Shown here: in pieces, positions 42,624 to 59,211 of the stretch
How positions within the stretch are numbered: the stretch's first letter is position 1
How the letters are laid out: each line of letters opens with the position of its first letter
Assembly (NCBI GenBank): GCA_000320545.1
Contig: ADNK01000785.1
Location: 1-64,000 of the forward strand
DNA from: Bigelowiella natans CCMP2755
Lineage: Eukaryota > Protista > Cercozoa
DNA length: 64,000 nucleotides
Reading direction: 5' to 3'
Position numbers and translations under genes: made by a program
Notes under the pieces: generated by a model
Told to the model about the DNA's origin: nothing
What the model saw: the letters and a program-made list of their open reading frames with translations, nothing else
Database searches by the model: none

Positions 42624-43473
42624 TGGGGTGAGGAACTTCTAAGCAACAGCAGATGACTGCACACATTGTTGTGATACCATCTCAGAGTTGTAGGAGGGGG
42701 ATGAGGAGGAAGAGGAGGGGATTATTTCAGATCAATGGAGATAATATGTACATTCCAGTTGTGCTGGATGCATAATCAAATATATCTGGCGTCACTTGGA
42801 TACCTCGAAGTGGAGCGATGTTACTCTCTTAGCTATATCAATATGAGGGGGCTTGCTAGTTTGCATAGCTACATTTGGATGACCATTGAAAAGATTTATG
42901 ATCATATCATTGCATTCGTTTCATATAGCTACGCATAGCATGTAGCTTTGCATGGCCTACATATGAGAATGATCATAGAAAAAAATTAACATATTCATTA
43001 CATCCATCCCATGGAATGTAAGTCTGCTACTAGTAGTGCCTACACCTAGCGCCTATGTTGTTTTTGTTTGTTTCTGCTACTCTCTAGCTAGCATGTCTAA
43101 ATGTAAATCTAGAGCATGCATGCAAAGCGCTAAGCTAGTAAGCTAAGGCGATGCTACATGTGATTGAGACGGATGTACGTAATGAGGTGGCTAACTAGCT
43201 AAATGTCTTCAATAGTTATGTATAAATAGCTTTGCACAGCTACACTTGCTACATAATGATGCCATCGAAAAGATTTCATCGCTTCATTACATCCGTCTCA
43301 CAAATAGCGCGCGTGCAACGATGTTGGTGTCCAGCAGCTATTATCACGCTTTTAAGTATTATAACGACGTTCCAACTTATTATCAAATTATCACTGTATA
43401 TAGGATACACAAAGCCAGTTTGCTTTGACCAAGGTAATAATGCTATCGCCATGCCTTGCTAGCTTGTATCGTG

Positions 43474-48829
<5,356 letters not shown>

Positions 48830-49150
48830 TGATGGTACGTGTATCCCGCCTCGGATGTGAAGACACCACAGCAAGGGAAATCGGCGCGACGGAGAACAGA
48901 AAGGATTGTTGTTGTTATTGTTGTTAGATAATGATCTCCCTGGAGAAACAAACACTGGTAATATCGTGCATAAAAAAAGGATTTAACATCGTCTGACGAT
49001 GGCACAGTTGTCGCAGATGGCAGATCCAGCGGATTTTCTTCAACATCGATTCAGAGTCGAGAGTAAACGAAAGAACCGAGGGGATTTTGTAAGAATCTGC
49101 ACTATATATGTTTGACGCACTCCAAAAAAGGATTTTCTCATACATCTGCA

Positions 49151-50574
49151 ATGGCTGCTCGAACGGCCCGAACCTCCATAGGGTACCTGCCCTCTTTCTT
49201 TCTTATCATAAGAAAGCTTGTTGATGGGAAGTTCTAACTGTTCATTACAACTTACAAACACAGAGAATTAACCGCGGGAGTGCTTGTTTTCTTCTGTGCC
49301 GTCGTATTGCTAAGCACACAAGGATGGAGAATGTCCAGCGATGTTGGTCTTAGCGTTGTCGCTCGGTACTGTTGATGAAATGCATACAAGGAGTGACATA
49401 TTGCTGATTGAAAGGAGCTATATTTAGAACGGCGACGGTCAGTAATCTCGGCAGCAAGAATAGATGTGGATACACTGAGAGCAGGAGCTCTCGTGTGGGG
49501 AATCTTTTACGGAGAAGGGTTCTTTACTACCACCTCCACACGCACACATAACCTGATACATTCTCCACCACCATCTCCATTTCATGTGAATCATATAGCC
49601 TAACTTGTTGTCTTAGGGCCGATTGCTCATACCTGGCCAGGATGGCATTGAAGATCAGGGTGAGCGTGTCCAGATTTTAAATAATGATGTAATCAGCCAA
49701 CAAGCATAATGCTTCGATCTAGGTACCTTTTCCCCCTTTATGAAGCCATTGTCACGTGAAGAAACCGGAAAGTTTGGAAGCGTTAAGGTTCGATATCGCC
49801 GCGCAACTATTACCGAGCGAGATTATTGATTGGAGCAACAGCATCGGTAGTTTACGAGTATTCTTTGTTCGTTCATTAGAACATGGTACAGAACCTCCGC
49901 TATCGAGCTGCACCTTGGATGGAGGTCAACATTGAAGAAGAAGAAGAAGATGTGTTAATCCCTTTTGATTAACATAATACTGAATTTTTCATTTTGATGC
50001 GGTTTGTTATTACTTCAATTCTCCTACCCCTCCCTCAGCGTGCTGAAATGATTGATATTCTTCTCCGAAGCGGTAAGTTATGATTACAAATCAGAAAGAG
50101 ATACTTTTGTTCAAACTCGAATAGCTCCCCGAGCTGCCAGTTTAAAAAGTGCAAGAAGTAATCCTCCTTACGTTCTAATACAGGCGTCTCCCCAGAAGCC
50201 ATCACAGAGGATGCTGGTGTGACCAGTATGGAGCAAGGGTGCTGAAACAATACACAGTAGTCAGCAAGATGATACTGTACAGCTACGTAGAATATGCGAA
50301 CGTGATGTGGAAAAACGAATGTATTCTCTACACTCCGCCAACGTCCTCTCATGAATGATGAACCACACGATGTGGTACCTTTGTAGACGGGATATTGGAC
50401 ACCACCACCACCCATATTGGCAATTTTGTAGAATGAAAATCAACAATCCGCTCACGCCATAATTATCGTCGTCTTTGCCATCCTTCATATCTCAGTAACT
50501 GGAGGGTTGCTTTGGAGGTGATGAATAGCCTCAAGTCACTAGGGTAGTGAATTTACATATATGTATATATGACA

Positions 50575-50612
<38 letters not shown>

Positions 50613-51254
50613 GTGTGTGTGTAGAGCCCCCTGCCAAATACTGTAATTTCCCCACTAAAATTGAATCATCGTCATTATAATCATCATACTCTTCCAAGAT
50701 TATCCTCATCCAACGTAACCACCACCACCCATCAGAACGGTGAATAAACCAGAAGAACGCGTCTAGTTGTTTGACTGAAAAATCATGATGTTCATGGCAG
50801 ATCCGAAGATGAAGTCCTCAAATACTACGCGGGCGATGAAGAGAATGCTGAGGCGAGTTGGCTTGTCGCATGGCTTAGAAATAGAAATATGATGATGATG
50901 ATACTAGTTAGGATAATGATAAAATAATTTACGATTTAGGTTGCATTTGGCCTCAGATATATTCCGAAGGTAAGGAGAATAATAACACGTGCTAAAATTC
51001 GTGTTATTTGCTATCGTTTATCAATAGCTGCTTATATAAATATACCATAATGAACAAATGTAGGACCTCCGTGTTGAAGCAGCGAAATACGCCATGGAGA
51101 AGAATATGGACTCAATCGGTAATACTACTACTACTACTAGTAGTAATAGTAGTAGTAGTTATCGTAGCGAGGAGGAGCATGATAGAAGAGGACATTCACG
51201 ATGACATATCATCATCAACAACAACAAAACTTGTGCAGAGGAAAAAAGAAAGAA

Positions 51255-51299
<45 letters not shown>

Positions 51300-51698
51300 T
51301 TAACTACATAGGCCCTTTCGCAGCAGAGTATCAGCATGAGAGGGCCGTCTCCTCCCCCTCCTCTTAAGTTGATCAATAATCACCATTTTTTATTTATCAG
51401 AGAGCGAGTCTTTGTCCCGGAACATCGTAGACTATAATCGCATAAAATCTCGCGTGGGGGAGAACGCGCTGAAAGGGTGTTACACGCACAACTTCTGCCG
51501 CTGCTGCTTGTAATTTGATGAGATCGCAAACTAAGCCATTGCTCACTGGGATGGTTTTACGATTATTGCCAGCTTCGAATACACGCCTGCAGACTGCGTA
51601 GCTCTCAGGTGATGGATGCAACAGAGAGTGAGATTGATATGGCCCTCAATGCCTATCATGTGTTCCTACGTGATATATGTATGCGAAAATTTGCACGC

Positions 51699-51734
<36 letters not shown>

Positions 51735-51970
51735 GTACGTCGAAAATGTATCGGATGATACATGTTAATTTATTGCATATCCTCCCTCCACCTCCTCCTC
51801 CCCCTTAAAATAATATAGATTATACATCCAAGCTGCAGAAGACTATGATCAGAACAATGTCGCAGGAACGATCTCAAAGGCGAGAGAAACTGGTAAATAA
51901 TCATGGTGATAAAATATGTATGTGTGTGTGTGTGTGTGTTGAGCATATCTACATATTGGATAAACACGCA

Positions 51971-52007
<37 letters not shown>

Positions 52008-52171
52008 GATATGTCATGTAATTAGGCTGCTCTGCCACAGCTATGAAGCATCTGGACGAGGTATAGAAGCGGAAATTAGACGGAAATGCGAATTATAGCG
52101 TTTGTGTTGTGATCTTGTGACAAAATAAAATACTATTGCCTGTATTCTCTTCTTCTCCCCCCCTTTCTCTT

Positions 52172-52208
<37 letters not shown>

Positions 52209-52324
52209 ATATTCTCTTTCCTCAGTTGGAAGCTCTGGATTTTGCGTCGCGAAGACAGATCATTTTCAAGTTTAAAGCTGATACAGAGGAATTCGATAAA
52301 GCCTTGACCTTGGATGCTTTTTAG
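49151..52324 (+). CDS. RAF1: Rubisco accumulation factor 1-like protein with bipartite plastid-targeting presequence
   Basis: Spliced TFSPFMKP...NLRYRAAPWME|RAEMIDILLRS|GVSPEAITEDAGVTSMEQ|NWRVALEVMNSL|VAFGLRYIPK|DLRVEAAKYAMEKNMD|LSRNIVDY|FEYTPADC parallels the plant/cyanobacterial Raf1 alpha-domain. Hydrophobic GVLVFFCAVVLLS is followed by a Ser/Arg-rich peptide. Confidence 0.8.
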
Positions 52325-53495
52325 ATAACACCCCAACAAAGGAGGTATATTGAGAACCGAGGTAACTACACTATAACCTTTGCAGGGCGACAAAGTGTCG
52401 AAAATTCACCCACACCCTCTTGCCAAAAAGTGTTGAATTATATTCCGTCTCTACGCGCTACATGTAGTGATATGAGTAACGGTAGGATCTGATGATAATG
52501 GTGATGATGATGACGATCATGATGATGATGATGATGATGATAGTCACATTCATCAACATTGGTATCTACAGTGTAGTAGACGCGTAGAGTTGCCACACAT
52601 CTAAGTTGGATTTAATCATTGCATGTCAAAATGTGACATGACTAGATCACAAAGTTGAAAAGCGAACAATGTGCTGTGCGACCTGCTAGCAGCCGCAACA
52701 TTTTGTGCTCTGATGCGTGTGTGCAAATGGCGTTAGAGCGCCACAATCTAGATGTAGTCCTCTGTCTAGCTACACTGGTACGTTTGATTTGTTTCAGTTG
52801 TCATCCTAATCTAGCTGATGTAGCCATGCAAAACTGCGGCTAAACGCAACTGCGCTTGAATGCACTGCGCAATTGCGAGCATGTGCACGCTCACCACTGC
52901 GATGCATCATCCTGCACGTCCATTGGCACAATATTGGAGGGCTGGGTGCGGTGCGATGTGCGCGCAGTGAGCAAAAGCTAGCAAACGAGCAGGTAGCGGT
53001 GTTCAGATTGAACTGGGATGTCATCATGCGAGGGTTGACCGCCCTCTGACAAGTGTCAAGCTTGTCATCAGTCACACGTGATTGCATTGGGTTTCTAGGC
53101 CGCGACAAGGCTAGTCCTTGTCGTGCGACATGCGTGTGCATTCCTTGTCGCGGCAGGCTGAAGCGTCACGGCAATGCTTGTCGCACCTGTGCCGCTTCAC
53201 CTGCTGCTACGTGCACAGTTAATTTGCTAATTTCCTCGGTTCATGCTCGCTTACGTGTTGACTACATGCATGTCAAACTTGCGCGAACATGGGAGCATCA
53301 ACACGCCTCCCAAATTGGCAAATTGACTGACGCGCATGCACGCATGCACGTTTCCACAACGAGCAAACCGATGCATCATGCTGCGCATGCGATGCCTCTT
53401 CAATCAAGCAGGCCACCACATGCGTTGCCGCCATTGGAAGCTTGCACTCACTCGTGGTCGAGCTGCAGGCTTGAATGCATGCAAGCTTGAATGCA

Positions 53496-53821
53496 TGTAG
53501 CGCGTACCACTACGCGGGCACAAGTCACGTGCGACAACAAAGGGGTTGTCGCGGATATAGAATATAGATAACGTAGATATTAATACAGCATAGGCACGTG
53601 GGTTCCGGCGGGACTCATGGCAGCACACCGGAAGTGTGCTGCCCCACGTGCGGCGGCATTCGCGAAAGCTTCGCGAATGATTACGCAGTGCACGATTTAA
53701 TAAAAATATAATCTTTAATAAAAATAAACACAACTCTTCAAAAGGAAGCAAACGTGCCTTTCCCCCCCCCTGCCTACTTGTGCACGTAGCGCCTCGGCCT
53801 GTGAACACCTTACGCGCAACA
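53496..53821 (+). repeat. 5' LTR (326 bp)
   Basis: TGTAGCGCGTA...TACGCGCAACA with imperfect terminal inverted repeats; matches 58886-59211. Confidence 0.95.
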
Positions 53822-53826
53822 ACCTT

Positions 53827-53844
53827 TGGCTTCCACACACGGGA
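53827..53844 (+). promoter_or_regulatory. Primer-binding site (tRNA identity not assigned)
   Basis: TGGCTTCCACACACGGGA starts 5 nt after the LTR; TGG is complementary to a tRNA CCA end. Confidence 0.7.
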
Positions 53845-53860
53845 AACGATTTGACTAACA

Positions 53861-56800
53861 ATGTCACAGCAGCTAGAAGAACAGCAGGACTTTGGCTCGC
53901 AGGCCGTGCAAGGGCACGAGCAGAAACAGGAAAGGAAGGGCGATACGGACGCTAAGGAAGGAGGAGGAACACCTCCACAGGCACCGCCGGGACCAGCACC
54001 CGGGATTAAGAAAGCAGATGCAGCAGCAGAGGCACTGGAGAACTTCTACGAGGCGGACGACGAGGACGTGGCCGCCGAAAGCAAGAAGGTCGTAATGGCA
54101 TTACGAGCCTTGCGACCCAGGGCGAGCAACTACGCCAAACTGAAAGTATCGATAGAATACAAGTATCAGACACATGATGTTTGGGCAGCTATCATGCAGG
54201 ACATCATGGATTACGAAGCAGACTTACCTCCAGAGTGGGCAGCTTTGTTTAGGAACGACGGGGGTCTGGGCGCCTCGCGGGGGACGACCCAGAGCACCGT
54301 CAAGCAGCAGCAGCCGGTACAGCGGAACACCCAGTTCATGTCTGTTAAAACAGCACCGGTTATGATAACGAAATACAACGGGAAAAGAGGTGAGGCAAGG
54401 AGGTGGTGGAAGAACGCTAGGAGTATACTCTGCGACTTTACCCCTAACCCCACCGAAAACGACAAGCTCAAATGGCTAGCTATAATAAAGCAAGCCATGG
54501 ACCTTTACGAGACAGGCAGGACCCGGATCAGGCAGCTAGAGAAAATACACACTACAGTTAGTGGGCTACGAGACGTTGAGGCGATAATGAAGGCTTTTGT
54601 AAATGAACAGGATGCTAACTCCCTACCCCAGGCTATTAGAAAATACAGAGCAATGATGCAGCATGAGAGAGAACCTGTTAGAGACTTTGCCACGCGCTTC
54701 CAGGATATGATCGACGAACTACATGATTTTAATTACAACACAGGTGATGATCAGGCAAGGTTTGAAGAGTTCAAGTTAAAGATAAAGGAATCCACTTACG
54801 TTACGGAGAAAGGCTACACCACGATGGAGGCAGCAGTGCAGGCTATATCCCTACGCGAGCAGGAGCAGGACCGCAAGTTTACCAGCCCTAAGGTACCTGG
54901 CATAGGAAACATTAACGCTATTAAGCCGCAGCGAGACTGGTACAAGGACAGGGAAGGTAACCGACGTTGCGGATACTGCTCACGTAAAGGGAAACACACC
55001 GCTAAAGACTGCAGAGACAGGAAAGAAGGACGACCCAGGATGACGATCAGGCAGCTCAACGAACACTACGAGAAGTTAAAGAGAAAGAAAGGCAGAGGAC
55101 AAGGATATAACAACAGCAAATGGCAAGGCAGCAACAACGGGAAGAACAATAAATATAAGAACAAAAAGCAGAACAGTATCAATGCTATACAGCAGCAGAT
55201 AAACGGAATATTAGATCACCTTAAGCAGGCGCCGACGAAGACAGCAGTACCAGCAACGCAGGACCAAGACAAGCCCATGACCCTAGACGACATAAAGAAC
55301 TTAGGAGTATGCAACATTAATGACGAAGACGCTAACAGGACTATCAAAGTTGCTATGACCAAGGTTAAAGTTAAAGACAGCTACGGAGACTACAAGAAAC
55401 TACCTGCCCTTTGGGATAGTGGCAGCATGCCGAAGTCCTTCATAAGCCTAAGCACAGTAAGAAGGTTAGGACTATTGGATCAAGTGACTAAGAAAGAACG
55501 TAAATATGCTCAAGCAGACGGAAGCTCTTCCATGAAGACCGTCGGTGAGCTAATGCTAAAGCTACAGATACCTGGCAGCGACGCGGAGACCCAAATCAAG
55601 ACCCGAGTAGCCATGACTTTATCCATGGAACTACTCCTCGGACAGGATGCCCTAGAAAAATTAGGGGGGATCATATCATTCTACAATCACAAGATATACT
55701 TTGCTAAGTTGCCAAAGAAGTCAGGCAGGACCATCAGCCAGAACATGATACGGCTTGACGAGTGGACCTCTGAGTCAAGCGTTAATGCGTTAGAGTTTAT
55801 GGACCTAGCGGACAACAAGCTACCTACACCTACCGAGCTACGGAAGAAGAACCCCGGCAAGACCATCCGACAGATAACGGAGCTACTGGACAAGACCCCC
55901 CCAGCTGATGATTGGGATATCGACAAAGGCAAAAAGTACATTAATAAAATATTAAACGAGAAGTACTCTGACATCACCAAGCCGACGACGAAGCCCTCCA
56001 GCAAGCTTACCCCAGTAAAGATCGAGCTAAAGAAGGGATACGAAGAGTGCATCATCAATGACCCAGAACATAGGCGACCGGAAGCGGACTGGGAAAAGAT
56101 AGAGTGGCAGATCAATGAATGGGCAAAGGAAGGGAAGATAGAGCCAAGCAACTCACCATGGAACGTGAGACATGTGCTAGCTAAGAAACCTACTTACCCT
56201 TTCTTCCGCCTGGCGCACAACTTCATCCGCCACAACCGAGTAATAAAGAGGATCCAGACACCTACACCAAGGATAGATGACGTTATTGAACACGTCATAG
56301 GATACAAATACTACTCTTCCCTAGATAAAAATGAATCATACATGCAGACACCCATCCACAAAACCTCCCGCCCCATTACCGCGTTCTCCAGCAGGCACAG
56401 GAAGTGGCACTTCGTCGTATTCCCTTACGGCCTAAGCATATCAGGGGATGCGTTCAGTAGTCAGAACTACAGGGCATACACACATGATGGGATGGCGTCT
56501 GTGTTGTGGGTGTTTGTGTTTGTGTATGTGGATGATGACATAATATGTACCAACACAGTCGTCGCTCAGATCTTCCTCCTGGAAAATATATTTATTAGGT
56601 TTGCACACTTCGGTTTTACTATTAGACTGCAGAAGTGTACATTCCTAGCTACAAGAATCAAGTGGTGTGGATATTACCTGGAGCAAGGCCGCATCACCCC
56701 AAACCCCGAGAAAGTAGCAGCACTACAGCAAGCCCCTAAACCTAAGAATGCAAAGGAGTTAAAGTCATTCTTGCAGACTGCAGCTTGGATACTACGTAGG

Positions 56801-58834
56801 TTCTCCCCTACCTACGCTAGGACTGCAGCTGCTTTTACTACTGCTTACCGGAAGGAGAACTCTGTAGGCCTCAGCTTCGCTAAGGTGTGGGCCAAGGCTG
56901 GCCTTGATGCCCACTTCGATAACCTAATAAAGTTATGCAGCAACACCCTATTGAATGCTAAGCTAGACACTACTAGACCAGCTACCCTATGGACAGACTG
57001 GTCTAAGCTAGGTATGGCTGCTGTACTTACCCAAGACCAGCAGATCATACGGGTGTGGGGCAGGGCCTGCACAGCAGCTGAGGCCAAGTACAGCCCTACA
57101 AAAGGAGAGTATAAAGCCATGACTGAGGCGCAGAGGAAACTAAGATACTACCTGCTGTCGGTGCCCAGCTTCACCTTAATGACTGACCACAAGCCCCTCC
57201 TAGGCATCGACCGCAAGCTCGAAGCGCCTAACGATGAGTATGCAGCTATGAGGGCGGACACGGAAGAGTTTAGGGACAAGAGGACAGTGGTCTACGCACC
57301 AGGAGACAAGCAGCTTGCTGACTATTTCAGCAGGCTGTTCGAAAAGAAAGTCCCTACCCAGGTCACCCCTATGGTTAACGCGATTACCTTCGAGGACGGC
57401 GACTTCCTGCCTGAGCCAGAGGAGCTCCAGCACCTTCAAGAACACCTGGATAAATACAAACACAAGCATGAGGTACTTAGTGATAGGATATATGTATACA
57501 CTAATAATGTTAGGCGTACCTACGTGCCACGGCGGACCAGGGGAGCCCTTCTCTTTACCGCCCATGGACCTGCACACGTAGGAGAAAACCATATCACTGC
57601 TCTACTCTACCATTACTACTGGCCCTACAAGCTAAAAGAGATAAGGACATACCTGCGTGGCTGCAGGCGCTCCAGCTTGAAGGCGGCAGGCGTCGCCACC
57701 AAGGAGTCCAGCAAGAGCCGTGCATCTAAGAAAATCAAAGCAAGGAACTTCTTAGATATCGTGCAAATTGATGTTTATAAGTACGATGGCTATCACTACC
57801 TTACCTTCGTTGATGTGGCCACTGGAAAGTGCTGGGTTAAAAAGATTATCAAGGTCAACGTTGCTAAGAAGAACAAAGGCTTATATAAGCAGAGGCTTAC
57901 TAACTGCTACCGTACCTGGGAGTCTGAGCTCCAGGCTATCCCTGATGAAGTTAGCATAAACAAGATACCAAAGAAGTTACATGTGGATAATGAGACCTCT
58001 CTTCTACAGCTACCACACCCTAATATTGATGCCTCACCTGTATACTATGCCCAGTCCAACTCCAAGGTAGAGCGACTCCACCGCACCTTGGCCAACCTAA
58101 GCAGGATAAATAGCACCACACCAGACAAGATACAAGGGTTAGTAAACGACACCTTCACGTCTGGGGGAGGTATCAAGGATAAGGAGAGGGAAGAAGGCGA
58201 CGACAACGACGACGATACCGAGAGCGAAGACGAGAAGGTCCCGTACGATGGCCGAGTTCTAAAGGAAGGACAGTATGTTAGGGCCAAGGTAAATCTGAGA
58301 TCGAGAAATAAACAAGACCCCTTCTGGGGTGGCGTTGCAAAGGTTACCGAGAGGAAGGGGAGGAAGCAGTACTACATCTATGATGGGAACAGGGTCACCT
58401 TGCGCCACATCAGTCACCTAAAGAATTATGATATCGGTGAGAAGCTCCTAGAGGATGTTAAAGTAAACCCTACTGTGTGGGAGCGAGCAATGCCTTGTTT
58501 AGGACCCCGACCTAAGTTCGATGTGGAATATGGAAACAATAAGGTCAGGGTGAACGACGATTGGCGCATGAAGATTGTCTATCTAGGCTACCCTGGATTA
58601 CGAAATATGGAGAGGGTAGCTATGAAAATAAAGGACGGAAAATATCAGCTACTCTACCTAGCTGTTCCCGACTTACCCTTTGAGCACTGGTATAAGGTCC
58701 TGGGGGACCTTGATGCAGAGGGCTGGTATGGACACGAACCTAAGGACGAAGGTGAGTTCTGGGTAAGCGACAAAGGAGATAAGGTTAGAGAGGAATCTAT
58801 TACCTGGTGGTTGGTGAAGTTCCGAAAGCGATGA
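53861..58834 (+). CDS. Gag-Pol polyprotein, 1657 aa, with a C-terminal extension
   Basis: Zn knuckle CGYCSRKGKHTAKDC, protease LWDSGS, RT PYGL..YVDD, RNase H LWTDWS..TDHKPL, integrase QID..VDN..VERLH. Confidence 0.96.
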   Translation: MSQQLEEQQDFGSQAVQGHEQKQERKGDTDAKEGGGTPPQAPPGPAPGIKKADAAAEALENFYEADDEDVAAESKKVVMALRALRPRASNYAKLKVSIEYKYQTHDVWAAIMQDIMDYEADLPPEWAALFRNDGGLGASRGTTQSTVKQQQPVQRNTQFMSVKTAPVMITKYNGKRGEARRWWKNARSILCDFTPNPTENDKLKWLAIIKQAMDLYETGRTRIRQLEKIHTTVSGLRDVEAIMKAFVNEQDANSLPQAIRKYRAMMQHEREPVRDFATRFQDMIDELHDFNYNTGDDQARFEEFKLKIKESTYVTEKGYTTMEAAVQAISLREQEQDRKFTSPKVPGIGNINAIKPQRDWYKDREGNRRCGYCSRKGKHTAKDCRDRKEGRPRMTIRQLNEHYEKLKRKKGRGQGYNNSKWQGSNNGKNNKYKNKKQNSINAIQQQINGILDHLKQAPTKTAVPATQDQDKPMTLDDIKNLGVCNINDEDANRTIKVAMTKVKVKDSYGDYKKLPALWDSGSMPKSFISLSTVRRLGLLDQVTKKERKYAQADGSSSMKTVGELMLKLQIPGSDAETQIKTRVAMTLSMELLLGQDALEKLGGIISFYNHKIYFAKLPKKSGRTISQNMIRLDEWTSESSVNALEFMDLADNKLPTPTELRKKNPGKTIRQITELLDKTPPADDWDIDKGKKYINKILNEKYSDITKPTTKPSSKLTPVKIELKKGYEECIINDPEHRRPEADWEKIEWQINEWAKEGKIEPSNSPWNVRHVLAKKPTYPFFRLAHNFIRHNRVIKRIQTPTPRIDDVIEHVIGYKYYSSLDKNESYMQTPIHKTSRPITAFSSRHRKWHFVVFPYGLSISGDAFSSQNYRAYTHDGMASVLWVFVFVYVDDDIICTNTVVAQIFLLENIFIRFAHFGFTIRLQKCTFLATRIKWCGYYLEQGRITPNPEKVAALQQAPKPKNAKELKSFLQTAAWILRRFSPTYARTAAAFTTAYRKENSVGLSFAKVWAKAGLDAHFDNLIKLCSNTLLNAKLDTTRPATLWTDWSKLGMAAVLTQDQQIIRVWGRACTAAEAKYSPTKGEYKAMTEAQRKLRYYLLSVPSFTLMTDHKPLLGIDRKLEAPNDEYAAMRADTEEFRDKRTVVYAPGDKQLADYFSRLFEKKVPTQVTPMVNAITFEDGDFLPEPEELQHLQEHLDKYKHKHEVLSDRIYVYTNNVRRTYVPRRTRGALLFTAHGPAHVGENHITALLYHYYWPYKLKEIRTYLRGCRRSSLKAAGVATKESSKSRASKKIKARNFLDIVQIDVYKYDGYHYLTFVDVATGKCWVKKIIKVNVAKKNKGLYKQRLTNCYRTWESELQAIPDEVSINKIPKKLHVDNETSLLQLPHPNIDASPVYYAQSNSKVERLHRTLANLSRINSTTPDKIQGLVNDTFTSGGGIKDKEREEGDDNDDDTESEDEKVPYDGRVLKEGQYVRAKVNLRSRNKQDPFWGGVAKVTERKGRKQYYIYDGNRVTLRHISHLKNYDIGEKLLEDVKVNPTVWERAMPCLGPRPKFDVEYGNNKVRVNDDWRMKIVYLGYPGLRNMERVAMKIKDGKYQLLYLAVPDLPFEHWYKVLGDLDAEGWYGHEPKDEGEFWVSDKGDKVREESITWWLVKFRKR

Positions 58835-58877
58835 AGGTCTAAGGGAATAAGGAAGGAAGGAAGGAGCAACGTGACTT

Positions 58878-58885
58878 GGGGGAGG
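58878..58885 (+). promoter_or_regulatory. Polypurine tract
   Basis: GGGGGAGG abuts the 3' LTR. Confidence 0.85.
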
Positions 58886-59211
58886 TGTAGCGCGTACCAC
58901 TACGCGGGCACAAGTCACGTGCGACAACAAAGGGGTTGTCGCGGATATAGAATATAGATAACGTAGATATTAATACAGCATAGGCACGTGGGTTCCGGCG
59001 GGACTCATGGCAGCACACCGGAAGTGTGCTGCCCCACGTGCGGCGGCATTCGCGAAAGCTTCGCGAATGATTACGCAGTGCACGATTTAATAAAAATATA
59101 ATCTTTAATAAAAATAAACACAACTCTTCAAAAGGAAGCAAACGTGCCTTTCCCCCCCCCTGCCTACTTGTGCACGTAGCGCCTCGGCCTGTGAACACCT
59201 TACGCGCAACA
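58886..59211 (+). repeat. 3' LTR (326 bp)
   Basis: No differences from the 5' LTR found by eye. Confidence 0.95.

Larger units (their letters stand above)
53496..59211 (+). mobile_element. Full-length Ty3/Gypsy LTR retrotransposon
   Basis: Two 326-bp TG..CA LTRs, PBS, PPT and a single gag-pol ORF in PR-RT-RH-IN order. Confidence 0.97.

Noticed and set aside
50872-50880. GC-AG intron donor in RAF1
   Set aside because: GC-AG introns are a known minor class.
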